From: the human T2T-CHM13v2.0 reference genome, Homo sapiens
Assembly (NCBI RefSeq): GCF_009914755.1
Contig: NC_060942.1
Direction: 5' to 3' (one strand)
DNA: 64,000 nucleotides
Program-made: the position numbers and the translations under genes
Notes under the pieces: model-generated
Told to the model about the DNA's origin: nothing
Database searches by the model: none
What the model saw: the letters and a program-made list of their open reading frames with translations, nothing else
Part shown: positions 58,101-64,000 of the stretch, piece by piece
How the letters are laid out: every line of letters begins with the position of its first letter
Position numbering within the stretch: position 1 is the stretch's first letter

Positions 58101-61100
58101 TTCCTGGAGAGAGGATGGAAGAGAAAGAAATGAGAAAATAAATGTTGTTCATTATTAATTTGCCATTTGGTTCAAGGAAAATGTTCACAGGCAAAGTTGC
58201 TTGTATCTTACACTTAATATTTTTCTCATCACAAGATATAATTTTAATAGTTTTTTTCAAATCATGGTTCCTTCTTATCAAATAAGCTTTTTTCAAGCCA
58301 ATCAAGGTGGGAGACCAGAAGGTTTAAAAAGAATTCATTATAACAACTCAAATGGAAGATATAAAATAATCTGTTTCAAAGAGTAGAGACTGTTTTCCAT
58401 CAGCATTTGTAACATGACTCATTATTTCACAATTTCTCATCCGCCCTTCCTCTATTCCTACCCTCAAATGCTCTGTGGTAGAAAACTTCGACCTTGCTGA
58501 GAGAAATAATAACACAACATAGCTGCACCATCCATGAGATTAATACCGCCCACCGAAAGAAGCACCTCAACCGGCAAAATACAAGTAAAATGCATGAACA
58601 CACTGAGGAACTCTTTGCCTTGTTCACCTTCTTTCTAAATAATTCATCAGTTTAATGATAATGACATTCAAATATCATAATTACAGCTGACTCTTTAAAA
58701 AATATCAATTCTGGGACCCAAAATGGAGCAACCAGCCCCCACTCCTTTTCCCACCATTAGCTGTTAATGCCAAAATATGATCTTTATTCATTTCACTGAC
58801 ATAATATAAAACCAATGTAGATTTCCCATTTTTTGTAAAATTTTCATCTGCACTATTAGTTTCACTGATAGCAGACTGCAAAATGTTGTTAAGCTACAAG
58901 ATGGAAGACACTGCAAAAACCTCAGCATGTTAAGAAGCCATAAAATTTTATTCAGTTCATTTACTGCTACAGTCCAGTAACCCTATAGTAAGGGTGTGCT
59001 ATTTTTATTGTGTATTTATTTAAAGGTTGAATATTCTGTTCCCTGGACTAGATATCTAACAGAGTTAATCTAGATTACTAATACACTGAGTTGTCTTCTA
59101 CTTTGGGGTTTATCATTTCCTTGAAAGTGTTTTTGTGTTTTGGCTATTGTGAAAGAGATAATAGCAGAATACTGCAAACAAAAGCTTGCCTTTGGATAGG
59201 TGGCTCATTTATGCTCAAAATTAAACCACCAGGGTATGGGCCTCACATGACACTGAGGAGAAGGACCCCCTTTTCCCTCCCCTTACTCCATCTTATATCT
59301 CTAAAAATACAAATCTCAGTGCATAGTGCAATGAAACACAATGTAAGAGACTTTTATTGGTCAGTCTGGGACTCTGCTGGAGATGCTTGACTGCTTATAC
59401 AATCCCGCAGAAGTCAGCCACATTTCTCATTTATTGCTTTGTCAGTATGTCTTAGCAGTTTGGCATAAATAGGTAAAATATTTTTAGATTAGCATGAGGT
59501 AGAACATGCTTCAGGTCTACTAATAAAACCAGTGCCATCTAAAGCTAGCTTATCTATATATTATATGAAATTTGCAAGATGAGGACACAAACTAGAGAAG
59601 AGATATGGTGCACATATTTTGCCAATATATGGATATATTGGATATGTGGAGGAGGGGCCTCCCCCACAGACTTCCTGGGCCATGGAACAATAGCAGTTAT
59701 GCCAGTGGTGACTCTACTATGAAAAAAAGCACACACGTCAAGTCAAAGGAGCCCAAAAAAGGATAGTAGATGGGACTGTTATTTTTGTATTTGGGTTTTC
59801 TCCCTTAGAACTAGGGTATTGGTTGTACTAGCGTTAGCAAATACCCTGGAAATTCATTGTTGTGTAAATATACTTGGGCCTCAGGAGTAACAGTTCCCCT
59901 GCTCAGTCCCAATTAAAGGCCACATAGAAACTCCAGGTGCAGTAAATAGATAAACTAGCAACAAAAACTACAATAGCAAACAGGCCAGACAAATGATCTA
60001 CAGCATCCACAATACATTCTGCCTGTGTCTGTGACTTGTTAGAAACCTAGAAGACAAGCCTGTCCCGACTTGGTCCCCTCATCTATAATACAGGCTGATA
60101 AGAGAACCTATGCCAGTTGCAGTGTTTTCTCTTGAAAGTTCAAAACATGTGGTTGATAAAAGCAAAGTGTGCATTTTTAAAGGCACATGAGAGAGAGATT
60201 TAAATCACCCGAGATAGTCTGTATTTATTCATTCCACAGAGGTACAAAGGCTCTGTCTGGGTAGCATTAAAGAGTAAAGGTTCAAAAGGAATATGTGAGA
60301 GTCCCCAGGAGACGGGAAACATAAGAATGCATTAAAATGAGATGGAGAATGTGTCCCAAAATAGCCAAATAATGACTGTTCGTAGTTACTATCTTGCTAG
60401 CATCGATTGTGGAATATTTGAGGGCCTGGGAGAATCAATGTATATGGTAAACAATCACCTCCTAAACTGAAATGTCAGAGATACGATACAGAATAATGAA
60501 TATAAAATCTAGACAAAACTAATGACCAAACAAGATAAACAAGTTAAAACAAATAAGCCATGAAGGGTGAGTGACTAACGATTGAGTTAGGCATAATTCC
60601 AGTGAAAATCTGTCCATTTGAACAGCGTTTGCTGTGTGGTGTCAACACAGGCTGACAGCTGAGCCCGGCGTGCCTCCATTTAGCTTCTGGAATATAAAAA
60701 TCTGGGCTGTGGATGCTGAGATGCAGAAGCCAGGTAGGTATTCAGGCAGTGGTGGGGAAAAACATTTCCAGATTTTACAATTTTACAACCATCCATTCAT
60801 CATTTTGAGAGATGAAAGGTTATATCTTCTGCTTATTATGCACCTGGCACAGGGGTCTTACATTCATAGATACTCCCTAAAAATGATTTTCAAACAGTTT
60901 TTTTTTCTCCTTTTTTTGGTATGTAATTTTTTAAAGGGTGCTAGAAGTCTTACTTGATATCTCTTTCAATTCTCCTTTCTTTTGTGCACCTTCCTTCTTT
61001 TTCTATTTTGAATTGATTTGTGAACCCCTTTTTACAGCTAAATGAGTCAGCAGAGATGGGATGTTGATAGATCTCATTGGACTTCGGTCAACATTGTTCT

Positions 61101-62478
61101 GAAATAAAAGGAGCCAGTAGGGTTTAACGGTACACTCCATCACAGAAAAAGCTCTGCTTCCAGCCTCCAATCATTCAGCAAGTCCTTATAACCTAAAAGG
61201 TTATTATTAGATAAACCTGAGATTTTGGCACAATTTGATCTCTACGGTGTCTCTTTTTTTGCCTTAGAGATCTCTTGTTGCTTTATGTCCTGATACTAAA
61301 ACTTTCACTGGCTTCCTTTTCACCCCAAACATTCTTCTGTTTTCACGTCTAACCTAGACAATTCTCTATTCTGTTCTCTTCAAAACTGAACTGTTGTGGG
61401 TCTTGTTTAATAAGCAGCTTCTTTTAAATAATTGTCACAGTGGAAAAGATCTCATATTAGTTGAATGTTTGTAGACAATAAACACTGACTGACAGCATTT
61501 TTCCCCCTACAAATATTTGCTTACACAGGAATCTTTCCCTTATATTAAAAAAAAATACATATCTAATGTTGGGAATTTCAGACATAATGGCAAGCAAATA
61601 GCAGGAATTTCTTTTGATCAGAGCGGCTTATCTGCACACTGTGTGGGGAAACACCTATTCTGCCTGCAGATAAGGCCTTTGTGATGATGTTTTTGTGAAT
61701 AATATTTTTAAAATAAAGGGGCCTAGGGGCTAAACATTTTTACTTAGCAGACTTAGCAGAAGGAAACTTTAAATTATAATATTTAGATAAAAATTAAACA
61801 TATCATTTATGATATATTGTTCTAGCAACTTCATAAGCAAACATGGTTTTAAAATATATATTTGGGTATGAAATTATCCCTAATTACTAGAGAAATAACT
61901 ATCTTTTCTTGTTATTTATGTGCACCTGCTGGGCACTATCCTTATAATAGGGGCCATTCAATTACAACAGGTGGGTTAAAAACTGTTCTTGACTCTACCT
62001 GAACAGATCAATAACACCATGTTGGGCCTAGAAGGCATTCAGGTGAGCCCCTAGTCACTAGCCATCATTGAAGATGACAGAATTTCCATATACTTCCTCC
62101 ACGCAGTCCAATGTGGTATATGTGTAATCTCTAATACCTTCTACTATATTTGCATTCATATCTTGCATCAAATGGAAAGATCAATACAAAAACTTAAGGA
62201 GAAAGCCACCTGAGTTTCTAAGGTAAATCCTAAAGGTTTATGGTCTTTGTTCAGCTGGTAGGCAACAAGAACTTTGGGACATCACTGAAGTCAATCACTA
62301 CAGGCTGACATCATGCTGTTTCTTGGAATCCTGTTGGTAGTAACCTTAACTGAATGCTCTACCAGATAAATTGAACAGATTTGGCTCCAGCCTTTGTTGG
62401 TCAGATTAATGAAAGTGGTTGATCAAGTCACTTACTCATGGAAAACAATTTTCTACACGCCCAGATGGTATAAAATCA

Positions 62479-63562
<1,084 letters not shown>

Positions 63563-64000
63563 GCCCCTGATGGAATAGTGTAGAATAGACTTCCTTTAGC
63601 AAACCAGTCATTTGGAGGATCAATTATTAGTATTTCTTATAAGTTGTGGCTTTCATACTTGCTATCAAGGAATATTCAATCTGAATGTGATCTTAGAAGC
63701 TATCCGTCATTCTACGTATGAGAAAATTGAAGCTCTCGTTTATTTACCTAAAACAACACACTTAGTGGCAGAATTTGAGCAGATACTTAATTTTTCTGAT
63801 TTTCTGTTGGTGTTCTTCTCAGCATATTCCATTGACTATAATAAAAACTAAACTCCATAGTCTACTTTAGTCTCAAAAAGGTAACTGATAGATAATTTTT
63901 AGTGAGTAAAGTACAAAAATGGGGAATGAATATTACCTATCCCCTGTGGTAACAGGGTAATGGGTTCACATAACAGTCCAGGTTGACATAGGCCTGGGCT

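Overview
AT-rich, repeat-dense hominid (human/great-ape-type) genomic DNA, intergenic or deep-intronic. I could not recognise any host protein-coding exon, RNA gene, CRISPR array or prokaryotic system. The dominant feature is a full-length, TSD-flanked LINE-1 of L1PA2 type (19029-25070, + strand). It has an intact 338-aa ORF1, an antisense ORF0 extended to 114 aa, and an ORF2 broken by six lesions but with an undamaged endonuclease domain. The rest is eight Alus plus a FLAM monomer, solo LTRs (two MLT1F-like, MSTB, MER50, MER93, MER34-like, LTR33/41-like, LTR47-like), DNA transposon relics (Tigger2a, MER30), old L1/L2/MIR/CR1 fragments and microsatellites. Best second-look items: the ORF1 + endonuclease-only + ORF0 coding capacity of the L1; a candidate in-frame ORF0 fusion exon about 10 kb away; an exon-like segment the L1 appears to have interrupted; a perfect 23-bp-stem hairpin inside an old MaLR LTR; and a 3x51-bp tandem repeat. 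Repeat subfamily names come from recalled consensus sequences and need RepeatMasker/Dfam confirmation. I cannot support a claim of a wholly new biological system here.
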